Shown one piece after another: positions 28,401-37,366 of a DNA stretch of 58,083 bases. The notes under the pieces were generated by a model, which saw only the letters and a program-made list of their open reading frames with translations, ran no database searches and had not been told where the DNA came from. Both the position numbers and the translations under genes were made by a program. The DNA comes from a virus (lineage: Duplodnaviria > Caudoviricetes). How positions within the stretch are numbered: the stretch's first letter is position 1; each line of letters starts with the position of its first letter. The stretch covers positions 1 through 58,083 of IMG/VR virus record IMGVR_UViG_3300046355_000105; one strand, 5' to 3'.

Positions 28401-31303
28401 TCAACAGCGCTTGGGCAGCCATCAAGCAAATCGCATCTCGACTGTTGGGCGGCAAACGCACACTGGCAAACGACGTGCTTGAGTCGTCGCTTGAGCTGCT
28501 TGAAAAAGCCCAGAAGCAAACTGCAGTCACTGGCCAAGGCCAAGTGCTCGAAGCCGCAGTGACAACCACCAAGCCAATCAGCGATGCCAAAGCCGCTGAG
28601 GCACTGGGCGTGAGTGAGCAGGACTTCTCCCGCTGGAACAAGTCCAACGCTGTGCAACTGCAGGCTACCCAACGTGCATTTGAGCTGGTAGGCTGGAGCG
28701 AAGCCAACGCCAAGAAGTTTGTGGGCGCTGCTGGCGAAAAAACTCGTGCGTTCATCAGCAAGAACTTCCCCGGCGCTGAAATCGTCTTGGGGTGGATTAA
28801 CTCACGTTACAACGTGAGCGAGAGCGTGTCCAAGATCATGGACAACTTCAAGCTCAACAAAGGCATTGGCTACCAGTACGCTGAAGACTTGGCCAACGTC
28901 ATCTCTCGCCGCCCAGCAGAAGATGTCAACGCCCTGTTCGCGTACCTTGACGGTGACAAGAAGGCGCTGGACAAGTTGCCTGACGGCATGAAGCTCAAGG
29001 CTGTGGCCGACAAGCTCAAGGGCTGGTTCGACATGTACGTGGCTGAGTTGACCCCAGTTGAGCAGCGCTACTTCAACAGCCGCAAGTTCACTGAGACTTT
29101 GCTATTCCCCGAGCGCACCGAGCAAGTTGCTGGTGCTACGTTCGGCCTCGGCAAAATCAATGAGGTGCTGGGCTTGAAGCGCGAAGGCGAGACTGAGCTC
29201 GACCAGAACTGGTTCCAGAAAGACGACAACGGCGACCTCGTGGTTGACGGCGACGCATACCGTGTGTTCGAGACCAACCGCCTGACTGCTAAGGGCGGCA
29301 TGATGCCTGCTGGCTTTATGTCTGCTGCACGCTTTGCAGAACTCGGTGGCGTGAACCCCATGGGCTTTACAGTGGACACATCACGCAAGTGGTTGTTCGA
29401 GGGTATGAAGGACAACAAATACACCTTCGTGACCAACACCACCGCCAAGGACAAGATCGCCAACGAGAAGGCTGATGACGTAGCCAACGCCCTGCGCAAC
29501 ACCATTGCTGCACTGGCCAACAACTACTCCAGCAAGCACTTCATCAAGTCTATCAACGACATGGGCCGTGGCGACAACTCGCACGCTCAGGTGGCTTTCG
29601 ACAGCCTCGAAGACGTGAACAAGATGCTCAACGACGGCATCACAGACCCCAAGGACAAGGTTGTCATCACCGACAGCATGGTTCTCAAGGCATCGCACGA
29701 GATTTCTCGTTCACCGCAGACCAAGGCCCTGTACCGCCAATCTGGCACATGGGTGCAGCTGCCTGACTCCAACGTGTACGGCGACCTCGCTGGCAAGTTC
29801 ATCCCCGGCCCCGTGTGGAACGCCATGGGTGACATGGCCGACCGTCAGCCAATCGTGAACTGGCGTGCTGCCAACAACACCATGCGTTGGTTTAAGAAGT
29901 CCAAGACCGTGTGGAACTTCGGCACCCACGTGACCAACACTGCATCCAACGTGACCATGGCGATGACCCATGACATCTCGTTTGGCACCATGCGTGACGC
30001 TGCCCAGATTCTGGCCAAGTACGAAGCCAACCCCAAGTCGCTGACCAAGGCAGAGCTTGAGCTGATGATGGCCTTCCGTGACTCCGGTGCCATGCTGGCC
30101 GACTACTCCAGCGCTGAGGTGAAGGAAGCCCTTTACAAAGCCCACGAGGCAAACCTGCGCGGTGGTGAAGACATCTCCGTCATGCGTCGTGTCGCTGGCT
30201 GGCTCGGTGTCGAGAAGGCCAAGGCAGAGTGGTTGCAAGCCCAAGCCAAGAAACTCGGCAAGGGTGTTGACCGCATCGACGACTTGTCGTCACAGATGTA
30301 CGCCGCTGAAGACAACATCTTCCGTATGGCTGCCTTCCTGAAGACGGCCGGTGCCCTGCAACAGCGTGCTGGTCTGCGCACCCCCACGGCTGACATGATG
30401 CGCGAAGCTGGTCTGTTCGCCCGCAAGGCGTTCGGTGACTACGACATCGACTCCAAGGCTGTGAAGGTTGCTCGCCAAACCGTGATGCCGTTCATCTCTT
30501 GGTTCTACGCCATGGCACCTGTGCTCGGTCGTATCGCCGTGTATGAGCCATGGAAGCTGGCCAACGTGATGATGGCCTATATGATTCTGGAAGCTGCCAT
30601 GGGCGGCGCAGCGGGCGGTGACGACGAGGAACTGCGCAAGCAGGGGCCTGAGTCAATCCGTGAGCGCATGTTCGGCTCAGTGGGTCCATACATGAACATC
30701 CGCATCCCGTTCATGGGTGACGAAGAGAATCCCGTGTACTACAAACTCGGTGATTACTTTCCTATGGCATCGTTCACGCGCGGCCTGCCCAACGGCATGA
30801 TGGGCCAGTCGTGGATTCCTGCATCTCTGACACCTAGCGGCCCGTTCGTAAGCGGCATCTTGGGGCTGGTGGGCGGCGTTGACCCATACACCGGCAAGTC
30901 GTTGCACAAGCCCACTGATACCGAGTTGCAGAAGCTGTGGACAAGCACCAAGTTTGCCTACGATACAGCGACAATCCCGCTCATCAACAGCCGCAACATC
31001 AGCAAGGTGGACGACATCATCGAAGGCAAGACTGGCATCACCGGCAAAGAGCCATCCAGCCTGCCGATTGCCCGCGCGTTCGGCATGAAGTTCTACGACT
31101 TCAACGTCACTGAGCAGGCAGCCGTCAACGAAATCGTGGTCAAGCGCATCGGCAAGGACTTCAAGTCAGCAATGACCTCGGCCAAGCGTGACGAGTACCG
31201 CAAAGCATATCCAGACTATGATGCGCTGGACGAGAAGCTCGAAGAGTTGCGCACTCGCATGGAAGCAGAAATCATCAAAGCCCGTGGCGGCGCGGAGGAA
31301 TAA
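25439..31303 (+). CDS. giant internal virion / ejection protein with zincin motif (polyvalent-protein-like)
   Basis: 1954 aa; Gly/Ala hydrophobic N-terminal region; VILHEAFH HExxH motif; C-terminal DPYTGK motif seen in large polyvalent-protein domains. Confidence 0.7.
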   Translation: MAIFSLNELRAAAPAELQGLSDDALLRDYSQRVGKSFEETADYFGFKPRGTLAEMGRQAVGGAVVDLPKMVGQGLQYTGAAPELGKEMVQGAEQRSVDYVPDMRGRGLVGQAGVLGARGLAPVVATGAAALIPGVGEVAAPLAAATLFGTSSAQETYEKLKEQGASEQDAIAAARRVGLIQGPLEGAATAVGLRAAKGLAPLVGLGAKTTAGVAGELTETAVTKPFLKGMAVNAAVQPGTEVAQDLGTYAVEQAYGAKAEDPYEIAKQSALGGAGLTMLLGPLSLGGHISRARKAEVLQAALSEDAPADVRAQATKAVMAEARRQGVPESDVGTWFNQQLAVEKEFNDRVKQDALNRTVDLMGSQAQELPFMQQQTFSSLDQQRNFEQGVADVNLQTPFSSVDQQRGIEQDLMGIRDRKVAEVGQQYQDLVGQKASGLMAAQDVGQEWQQLQSKKESGLAAATQAGDQWQEQRVARIKQQFGIDDIGQEWQKLAAELPKPVSAGLTKGQRTALLGPNGKRLKQTSSPFQVTEQQAPSSSLLPQAPAYSSSILPQEAAPSSLLVAPTTTQQVQGAQGGTQTAKAVQAKAQGQELTPAESAQLSKLLADAEGETIGDVLPASVKSGAKAVPGRTRIDQSGLKRIRDALVLGKEVADEKTGQIVDSLRNFANAYKVYSDQGGQALSRRNKIAKGSNAAQFADEQSSAIEMQAANVQNALAELGTAVGGNAKDIEAVVRLVKDMVQGKLAAPGSNKKEVRDELKKLDTMLSQAWDAAKREVFMGKETDTADIRTKAIRGSIEVKGKGKMPTLVKIAKEGIYAGKDLGMLYELPAILHYMRTNGTPMERALALALRESIVGSESDIKLEFSKDGKPRFDPATNTVYLSEEESPEVILHEAFHAALQSFVYKNPNHPAVVQLKKSLKSVVTYKGELTGKALEVQNLLKDLMAKGNELDAVLELVSYGNTLAEFRKALQGMKSDKNIPKTFLESINSAWAAIKQIASRLLGGKRTLANDVLESSLELLEKAQKQTAVTGQGQVLEAAVTTTKPISDAKAAEALGVSEQDFSRWNKSNAVQLQATQRAFELVGWSEANAKKFVGAAGEKTRAFISKNFPGAEIVLGWINSRYNVSESVSKIMDNFKLNKGIGYQYAEDLANVISRRPAEDVNALFAYLDGDKKALDKLPDGMKLKAVADKLKGWFDMYVAELTPVEQRYFNSRKFTETLLFPERTEQVAGATFGLGKINEVLGLKREGETELDQNWFQKDDNGDLVVDGDAYRVFETNRLTAKGGMMPAGFMSAARFAELGGVNPMGFTVDTSRKWLFEGMKDNKYTFVTNTTAKDKIANEKADDVANALRNTIAALANNYSSKHFIKSINDMGRGDNSHAQVAFDSLEDVNKMLNDGITDPKDKVVITDSMVLKASHEISRSPQTKALYRQSGTWVQLPDSNVYGDLAGKFIPGPVWNAMGDMADRQPIVNWRAANNTMRWFKKSKTVWNFGTHVTNTASNVTMAMTHDISFGTMRDAAQILAKYEANPKSLTKAELELMMAFRDSGAMLADYSSAEVKEALYKAHEANLRGGEDISVMRRVAGWLGVEKAKAEWLQAQAKKLGKGVDRIDDLSSQMYAAEDNIFRMAAFLKTAGALQQRAGLRTPTADMMREAGLFARKAFGDYDIDSKAVKVARQTVMPFISWFYAMAPVLGRIAVYEPWKLANVMMAYMILEAAMGGAAGGDDEELRKQGPESIRERMFGSVGPYMNIRIPFMGDEENPVYYKLGDYFPMASFTRGLPNGMMGQSWIPASLTPSGPFVSGILGLVGGVDPYTGKSLHKPTDTELQKLWTSTKFAYDTATIPLINSRNISKVDDIIEGKTGITGKEPSSLPIARAFGMKFYDFNVTEQAAVNEIVVKRIGKDFKSAMTSAKRDEYRKAYPDYDALDEKLEELRTRMEAEIIKARGGAEE

Positions 31304-31305
31304 GT

Positions 31306-31569
31306 ATGGCAACCAAAGATTCACGACTGGCACGTGCGGGTGTGGCGGGCTTCAACAAGCCCAAGGCCACCCCCAGCCATCCCACCAAGAGCCACGTCGT
31401 CGTGGCCAAGGTAGGCGAACAGGTCAAGACAATTCGTTTTGGCCAGCAAGGTGTTAAGGGCAGCCCTGACGGGTCTGCACGCAACGAGGCGTTTAAAGCT
31501 CGCCATGCGGGCAACATCGCTAAAGGCAAAATGTCAGCCGCCTACTGGGCCGACCGCGTTAAGTGGTGA
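31306..31569 (+). CDS. small basic phage protein
   Basis: KTIRFGQQG...FKARH...SAAYWADRVKW pattern common in phages. Confidence 0.7.
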   Translation: MATKDSRLARAGVAGFNKPKATPSHPTKSHVVVAKVGEQVKTIRFGQQGVKGSPDGSARNEAFKARHAGNIAKGKMSAAYWADRVKW

Positions 31570-31609
31570 ACAATACCAAGTGGTACAATCTACTCTTTTG
31601 GAGTAGTCT

Positions 31610-32059
31610 ATGGCTAATGGTAATTTACGGTACGAAGTGACGTGCCCTGTATGCGGTGAAAAAAGGCTGGCACGTTCTGACGTGATAGCTAAACTAAACG
31701 GCAAACCGCCGATTTGTAAAGGGTGTAATAACCGTGCGCGGTTCGCTGATCGTGACCACCCTAGAAAGGGTACTGGAGTTAAGCATGACCAGAGTATGTT
31801 GTATACACGCAGTAGCTACTACAAAGCCAAGCAACGCTGTAAGCTAGGCGCTGAGCATCATCTATGTTACGAGAAAGTGCAGTTTAACTTTAAATCTCTG
31901 CAACAGTTAGTGTCTTGCATAGGTACTAGACCGCAAGGTACTTCCCTCGATAGAATAGACCCGCTGGGTAACTATGAACCCGGTAACGTCCGTTGGGCGA
32001 CCCCACAACAGCAAGCATCCAATAGGTTGCCGCGTGGGTTTTGGAAAACTGTTACTTAG
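31610..32059 (+). CDS. HNH homing endonuclease
   Basis: CPVCG zinc knuckle, SLDRIDPLGNYEPGNVRWAT..QASN; visibly more AT-rich than its neighbours. Confidence 0.85.
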   Translation: MANGNLRYEVTCPVCGEKRLARSDVIAKLNGKPPICKGCNNRARFADRDHPRKGTGVKHDQSMLYTRSSYYKAKQRCKLGAEHHLCYEKVQFNFKSLQQLVSCIGTRPQGTSLDRIDPLGNYEPGNVRWATPQQQASNRLPRGFWKTVT

Positions 32060-32068
32060 GAGCTCCTC

Positions 32069-32215
32069 ATGGCAACAAAGAAAATGAACCCGTTCGGCAA
32101 AGGCGAATCCAAGAAGATGGAAGCTGCTGAGAAGAAAATGGCTCCAACCAAAAAAGGTTACGCCGCCATGGAAAAGAAGATGGAACCCGGCATGCACAAG
32201 GGTAAAAAGAAATGA
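32069..32215 (+). CDS. small Lys/Met-rich protein (48 aa, not in ORF track)
   Basis: AGGAG RBS; MATKKMNPFGKGESKKMEAAEKK...KGKKK. Confidence 0.65.
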   Translation: MATKKMNPFGKGESKKMEAAEKKMAPTKKGYAAMEKKMEPGMHKGKKK

Positions 32216-32370
32216 AGCCCGGCCTGTACGCGAACATCAACGCGAAGCAGGCCCGTATCAAGGCTGGCTCTGGGGAGAAGATGCGGCCTGTAGGTAGCAA
32301 AGGTGCGCCTACAGCCAAAGACTTCAAAGAGTCGGCGAAGACAGCTAAGCCTGCAAAGAAGGGTAAATGA
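32212..32370 (+). CDS. small basic protein (52 aa, not in ORF track)
   Basis: MKPGLYANINAKQARIKAGSGEKMRPVGSKGAPTAKDFKESAKTAK...; ATGA overlap with the upstream gene. Confidence 0.7.
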   Translation: MKPGLYANINAKQARIKAGSGEKMRPVGSKGAPTAKDFKESAKTAKPAKKGK

Positions 32371-32528
32371 TGCCGTTCAAATCAGCTAAGCAAGCCAACT
32401 TGATGCGTGCTGCGATGCACGACCCAACATTCGCAAAGAAGGTTGGTGTCTCCAAGAAGGTCGCTACGAAGTTCGTTCGTGAAGACCAAAAAGCCAAGGG
32501 CGTGAAGCCCAAGGCCAAAAAGAAGTAA
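32367..32528 (+). CDS. small basic protein (53 aa, not in ORF track)
   Basis: MMPFKSAKQANLMRAAMHDPTFAKKVGVSKKVATKF...KAKKK; ATGA overlap. Confidence 0.7.
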   Translation: MMPFKSAKQANLMRAAMHDPTFAKKVGVSKKVATKFVREDQKAKGVKPKAKKK

Positions 32529-32780
32529 TTACTTCATCCCCGCGCCACGTGTGCGGGCAAAGGAGCGGTTGACGGACTTGGGTACTGCACGCAGATTGCC
32601 CGCTCCGTTACCGCCGCCTTTGGCGATGGGCGTCTTGTGGTCAACGTCCTTGCCGTCACCCTTTGACACCACACCCTTCTTCTCCAGCGTCGCACGTGCA
32701 GCATTGCGCTTTGCACGGTTCGCGATTTGCTCTGGCTTGCCTTGGTAGTTGGCGTATTCTTTTTTGTAGTCACGTGGCAT
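32529..32780 (-). CDS. small HNH endonuclease
   Basis: GDGKDVDHKTPIAKGGGN...NLRAVPKSVNRS. Confidence 0.8.
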   Translation of the reverse strand: MPRDYKKEYANYQGKPEQIANRAKRNAARATLEKKGVVSKGDGKDVDHKTPIAKGGGNGAGNLRAVPKSVNRSFARTRGAGMK

Positions 32781-32789
32781 AGTTAATCC

Positions 32790-33215
32790 TCAGTAGAGGC
32801 CCTCAAGGTTAGGGGCCTTGTAGTTGGGGCCCTTTGCGATTTTACCGTTGTCGTTGAAGATAGGGTTGCCGTTCTCGTCAAACTTGCTCCAGTTGGAGCG
32901 ATTCACCTCGGCGATACCTTCCGCTGTGCGCATGCCCGCGCAGTGCCCCGCACCCACAGCTGTGACCGTCTGGTCAGCCACGGCGTCGAGGAACTCTTTG
33001 CGGTCAATGATAGTAACGACCTCTTCGCCCGTCTTCAGGCGAGATGCCAGCAGCTTCATCTCGTAGCGCAGGTTGGCGTAGCCACCCTCAAACTTGAGTG
33101 CGTCCAGCATCTCGTTAATTTCCTCGAAGTGGCAGCCCAGCTGCACGGCGAAGTTTTCCCTCGTTGGCTCAGGGCGAGCGCGGCGGTGCCACAGCTCGAT
33201 TGAATCAATACTCAT
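32790..33215 (-). CDS. MazG-like NTP pyrophosphohydrolase
   Basis: EEINE, EFLDAVAD, EVNRSNWSK, GKIAKGPNY..P.L motifs. Confidence 0.8.
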   Translation of the reverse strand: MSIDSIELWHRRARPEPTRENFAVQLGCHFEEINEMLDALKFEGGYANLRYEMKLLASRLKTGEEVVTIIDRKEFLDAVADQTVTAVGAGHCAGMRTAEGIAEVNRSNWSKFDENGNPIFNDNGKIAKGPNYKAPNLEGLY

Positions 33216-33412
33216 GCAGTTGCTCCTTCTCGCTTCAAATCGCGGACTAAATTCAGGGCCGCCCGCTTATCGCTGGGGGTGATGGCGGCGAAGACCTTGC
33301 GGCCGTTCGCCAAGATGATGTGAATGTGGCGCTTGTGCTGTTCCACCCTTGAAATCTGCACTGCGGCCTTGGCCGCGCATTGTTGAATCTCACGTAGCCT
33401 AGATGATTGCAT
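33212..33412 (-). CDS. small protein, HicA-like
   Basis: KRHIHI...TPSDKRA..N..RDLKR pattern. Confidence 0.4.
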   Translation of the reverse strand: MQSSRLREIQQCAAKAAVQISRVEQHKRHIHIILANGRKVFAAITPSDKRAALNLVRDLKREGATA

Positions 33413-33421
33413 GGTGCCTCC

Positions 33422-36385
33422 TTACGCTGCTGCGCCTAGAACTGCCAATGTCACTTTGCTCTGTGGGCGTGAGTTGGTGCCCGTTAGGCTCTCAACAAAC
33501 CGTGGGTGGTTCAGGTTCAGCACAACGCACTGCATCTGGCCGGGCGCATGCTTTGGGCAGCCCTTGAACAGTGTGATGCGCTCGCGGCGCTTGAGCAACG
33601 CACCCTCGACATCCAGTGCCCGCTCAATGCGGTCAAGGCCATCGTTCTTGTGCTTGAGCCATGAACGCAGACGCTCTGCACTGATTGACACGCAACTGCC
33701 GGGCATGATGGGTGTTGTCGCGTCGTACACGATTTTTACCCGTGCCACTGCACGCTCTGGTGCTGGCAGGACAACCTGCTCCACACCGCTGCCGTACTTC
33801 TCTTTGCACTCAACTAGCTGGTCGTTGTGCTCTGCCAAGAACTGGCCGATGGTGTCGAACACGTCAACTTTGTTGTCTTCGGCGAGCTGGCGGGTGGCCT
33901 TCACGCGCTCAATCAGGTACTGGATGGTGGCCTTGATGTCGAACGGGAACAGACCCAAGGCTTGGCCAATGCGGCCCATGCCCCATGCAGAGATGATGGC
34001 TGTACGATAGAAGCGCTCTTGCGGCTCGAACAGGAACCCGAAGGTCTTGACGAACGAAGCCTCGGCCAGCTTCCACACATCTTCAGCGCCACCACGTGCA
34101 ATCACCACCTCAACCAACTCAGGGAAAGCCCAGCCGTTGTTCTTGGCCATGATGTCAAAGAAGTCGTAGCCATCGCTCTTGCCGTCTGCACGGGTCTCAA
34201 CGAATGTGCGGTCATGCTGTGGCAGCTCCAAGCAGCGGGCCTTCAGCGGGTCATTGCCAGCCTGTGCGCCCTCGAACTTCTGGTGCAGTGAGATGTTGGT
34301 GGTCACGAGTGTTGGGCCAGCCCATGTCGCGGGCTTACGCAGCTCACGCTCTTTGGTCATGGCGTTCTTCTCACGGCCTTGGCTCAGGATGTAGGCCATG
34401 TCAGCGATGTTGGAGTCGTCTGCAGTGGTCAGCTCGTCAATCGTGCAAGGCAGGTGGTTCAGCACGCCACGAATCTTATACATGGCGTTGGACGTGTCGG
34501 TCTGGCTGAGGAACAGCTCTTTGGGGTTGCCAATCAAACTGTTCGCAGCGATGAGCGCCAGCGTCTTGCCTGTCGTTGTCTCGGGCGAGTAGATAGACAC
34601 CACGCATGTGGCGTTGCCCGCAGCGTTGCCGATGATGCCAGCCGTAGCCAGCAATACCGCAGAGCGCAGCGTGTCAGTGCCGGGACGGTCTAGCATGGCC
34701 ATGCCACGCACCCACTCATCACGGTCGCCATGTGGGGCAATCTTGTCCTTGAAGTCTGCCGCTGGGCCACGCAAGCGCAAGTCAGATACGCCGTGCTCAT
34801 GGCCAAGCACTGAGGCTCCGCACATGAACGAGCCATCTTCTTGCCAGCCGAACGCCACGTAGTCGAGACCCGTGGGGGCTTGCTGTTGCACCATCGTCAA
34901 GTAATCCATCAAGAAGCTCCTAACCTTTTCGTACTGCCCTGTGTGCTTCATGTAAATCTGGCGGTTGAGCAGGAACGTCGTAAATTCCTTGCCCACTGTG
35001 GCCAGCACTGCCATCTCGTGCTCTTCCTCTTTCCAGCCCGTCATCGGGTATTTCACAATCAACTTGAACGCTGACTTGCGGCTCTCTGGGTCGTTATACA
35101 TCCCAGTGATGTGCATCTCGTATGGGCTGACCAAATCGAACTCAGTGACCTCTTGCGCCACGTCGTTGCCGTTGGCATCGGTGGTGGTCACTTCGGTCTT
35201 GATTTCGCGGAACACTTGGTTGTTGTTCACCACGTAGCCCTTGGGCAGCTTGAACTCTTTGGTCTCGCCCGCTGGGGTCTCGACCTTGGTTTCAGTCACC
35301 ACAGACAGCTGTGCTGGGCTGGTAATCTTGCCCTTGTGTGGGCAGCCTTCGCAACCCGATGCACAGAACTGCTCGAAGCGTGCGCATGTTGTTGGGCCTG
35401 TACCGCGCCAGCCGTCAATCTTGGCCAAGTTCGCGTCGAGGTCGAAGTCAGGGTGCCCACCAGCGATCTTGATGACAGCATCTGCCACATCTGTCGCGTG
35501 CTTGGCCAAGCCAAGGGATGCACGCCACAACGGTTCTTCAACTTGGCGGCCAGCTGCGTCGAGCAGACCACCGGATTCGATCAACGCATGCACTTGGTTG
35601 CAGCGCATGGCCACAGCGTCAATGAGCACGTCGTTGGAGTTCATCACTGCGTCCATGATGGACGACTTCTTGCCTGAGCGGGCGAGGTGAGCTGGGCGAG
35701 CCACCTGTGACACTTTGCCAATCCACTGAGACAGGACGGGCACTAGGTCGCGCGGGTTGTAGTCTGGGCAGTCACGCTTGCACTCAACCATCTTCCACGG
35801 CTGTTGCTTCTTGTGGTGTGTGCCCACTGGGCGTAGCACCATGGATGGGTCGTGAATCTTGCTGGTGTCGATCTGCACACCGTGCTCTTCAAGCGCCAGT
35901 CGAAGGGCTGTTGAGAGCTTCACCCAGTCAGCACTCTTGATGGCTGCGGTGAGGGGCCAGTAGCAGTGGATGCCGTTGCCTGATGACACCACCATGGGGG
36001 CTGGCATACCGATTGTCTTGAGCGCAGCTGCCATCACAGTCCAACCCTCTTTCTGGGTTGCGTAGGGCTTGTCTGCACCGATGTCTAGGTCGAGAGCTAG
36101 AGCCTTGAACCATGTGGCCTGCTCTTGCTTTCTAGACCACTTCTGTCGGCCATTGGAATCAGTGAAGGCGTGGCCAGCGAAAGCGCCAACGCCGTAGTAA
36201 ACGGTTGTTGTGGGTTCAGCATCCCACTTTGAGATTGCATTGACAGCGTCGTCGATGTTGGCGAATGAGCCGCGATTCCAGAAAATGCCACGAGGGTTTT
36301 GCCCTGATGTATCTGGCTTGTGCGTGCAGATGACCAATTCGTCGGTCTGGGCAAATATGCGAGTAAGAAAGTTTTTTGTGTCCAA
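33422..36385 (-). CDS. primase-helicase (AEP/RepB-like primase + Cys cluster + DUF927-type helicase)
   Basis: ALDLD, SSGNGIHCYW, VLRPVGT; CARFEQFCASGCEGC; FGWQ, TTTGKT Walker A, IDELT Walker B. Confidence 0.85.
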   Translation of the reverse strand: MDTKNFLTRIFAQTDELVICTHKPDTSGQNPRGIFWNRGSFANIDDAVNAISKWDAEPTTTVYYGVGAFAGHAFTDSNGRQKWSRKQEQATWFKALALDLDIGADKPYATQKEGWTVMAAALKTIGMPAPMVVSSGNGIHCYWPLTAAIKSADWVKLSTALRLALEEHGVQIDTSKIHDPSMVLRPVGTHHKKQQPWKMVECKRDCPDYNPRDLVPVLSQWIGKVSQVARPAHLARSGKKSSIMDAVMNSNDVLIDAVAMRCNQVHALIESGGLLDAAGRQVEEPLWRASLGLAKHATDVADAVIKIAGGHPDFDLDANLAKIDGWRGTGPTTCARFEQFCASGCEGCPHKGKITSPAQLSVVTETKVETPAGETKEFKLPKGYVVNNNQVFREIKTEVTTTDANGNDVAQEVTEFDLVSPYEMHITGMYNDPESRKSAFKLIVKYPMTGWKEEEHEMAVLATVGKEFTTFLLNRQIYMKHTGQYEKVRSFLMDYLTMVQQQAPTGLDYVAFGWQEDGSFMCGASVLGHEHGVSDLRLRGPAADFKDKIAPHGDRDEWVRGMAMLDRPGTDTLRSAVLLATAGIIGNAAGNATCVVSIYSPETTTGKTLALIAANSLIGNPKELFLSQTDTSNAMYKIRGVLNHLPCTIDELTTADDSNIADMAYILSQGREKNAMTKERELRKPATWAGPTLVTTNISLHQKFEGAQAGNDPLKARCLELPQHDRTFVETRADGKSDGYDFFDIMAKNNGWAFPELVEVVIARGGAEDVWKLAEASFVKTFGFLFEPQERFYRTAIISAWGMGRIGQALGLFPFDIKATIQYLIERVKATRQLAEDNKVDVFDTIGQFLAEHNDQLVECKEKYGSGVEQVVLPAPERAVARVKIVYDATTPIMPGSCVSISAERLRSWLKHKNDGLDRIERALDVEGALLKRRERITLFKGCPKHAPGQMQCVVLNLNHPRFVESLTGTNSRPQSKVTLAVLGAAA

Positions 36386-36402
36386 GTCCGTGCCCCTAGA
36401 TG

Positions 36403-36427
36403 AAAAACCCCCGACCGAAGTCGGGGG
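36403..36427 (-). terminator. Rho-independent terminator after the SSB-like gene
   Basis: Minus strand CCCCCGAC-TTCG-GTCGGGGG-TTTTT. Confidence 0.85.
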
Positions 36428-36445
36428 AGCCGTTCCGAGATTCTA

Positions 36446-37363
36446 TTACTCGTCGAACAGTGAGTCGAGCTTCGCGGCCAATTCATCCGATGCTTTTACA
36501 GGGGCAACGGTTGGCTTGGCAGCCACAGCCTTGGGCTGAATCACTTCAGCTTCAGCTGTGGAGTTACCTGCTGTTTCTTCCTCATAGGCATCGTCCACGG
36601 CGGGCTTGGCTGGTGCTGCGATTGCGGCCTTTGCAGCGGGGGCTGCGAGGGCTGGGCCAGCAGACGTAGGTGCGATTTGGCGGGTAGCCACTTTCACTGG
36701 GTCGCTGTCAATCAGAGCGTCAACGCGGGCAATGGCCTTCTCGGGCACATAGCCTTTTTGCTTGAACGTGATCTTAGGGAAGCTGGCTTGGTCGTCGAAA
36801 CCCAACTCAGTCACTGCCTCTTCTGGGCCAATGCCGTAGTTGCCGAGCTCTTTGAAGTATTCACGCAGGGCTTTCATGCCACTGACAGGAACGGTCAAGC
36901 TGTAGACCTTGGTGGGGTCAGCAGCTGCCACAACAGCGAGGTGACGCTGGTCAGCACACATCTTCGACTTTGCGCCGGAGGGCAGAATCTTGGAGCCGAG
37001 CACGTTGTTCGGGCAGTCGGCGCAGCCAGAGTGAACTGGTGCAGTCACAGATGCGTCAGGCTTCAGGCCATCATTCGACCAGCAATCAGGGCGGATGTTT
37101 TCAGCAGATGCGTCGAACGCCTTGGCGTAGAACACCTTGGACACGCGGGGGTTGGCACCAACGATGATGGTGTCGAGGGTGACGCCAACTGTGGTTTCAA
37201 CGCCGTCTTCGTTCAAGCGATAGCGACCAGCACGGATGCTGATGCGCGGGATGCTTGGGCCGTCAGAGACGATGGCCGAGGCGACTGCAGACTTAGTGCC
37301 TGCTTGTTGACGTGCAGCGATACGTGCTGCGATGTGTGCTGGGACGGTTGCGATATTGCTCAT
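36446..37363 (-). CDS. putative single-stranded DNA-binding protein
   Basis: In the replication module; PDCWSNDG, CADCP..GS, flexible Ala/Pro linker, acidic-aromatic tail LDSLFDE; highly biased codons. Confidence 0.6.
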   Translation of the reverse strand: MSNIATVPAHIAARIAARQQAGTKSAVASAIVSDGPSIPRISIRAGRYRLNEDGVETTVGVTLDTIIVGANPRVSKVFYAKAFDASAENIRPDCWSNDGLKPDASVTAPVHSGCADCPNNVLGSKILPSGAKSKMCADQRHLAVVAAADPTKVYSLTVPVSGMKALREYFKELGNYGIGPEEAVTELGFDDQASFPKITFKQKGYVPEKAIARVDALIDSDPVKVATRQIAPTSAGPALAAPAAKAAIAAPAKPAVDDAYEEETAGNSTAEAEVIQPKAVAAKPTVAPVKASDELAAKLDSLFDE

Positions 37364-37366
37364 AGG

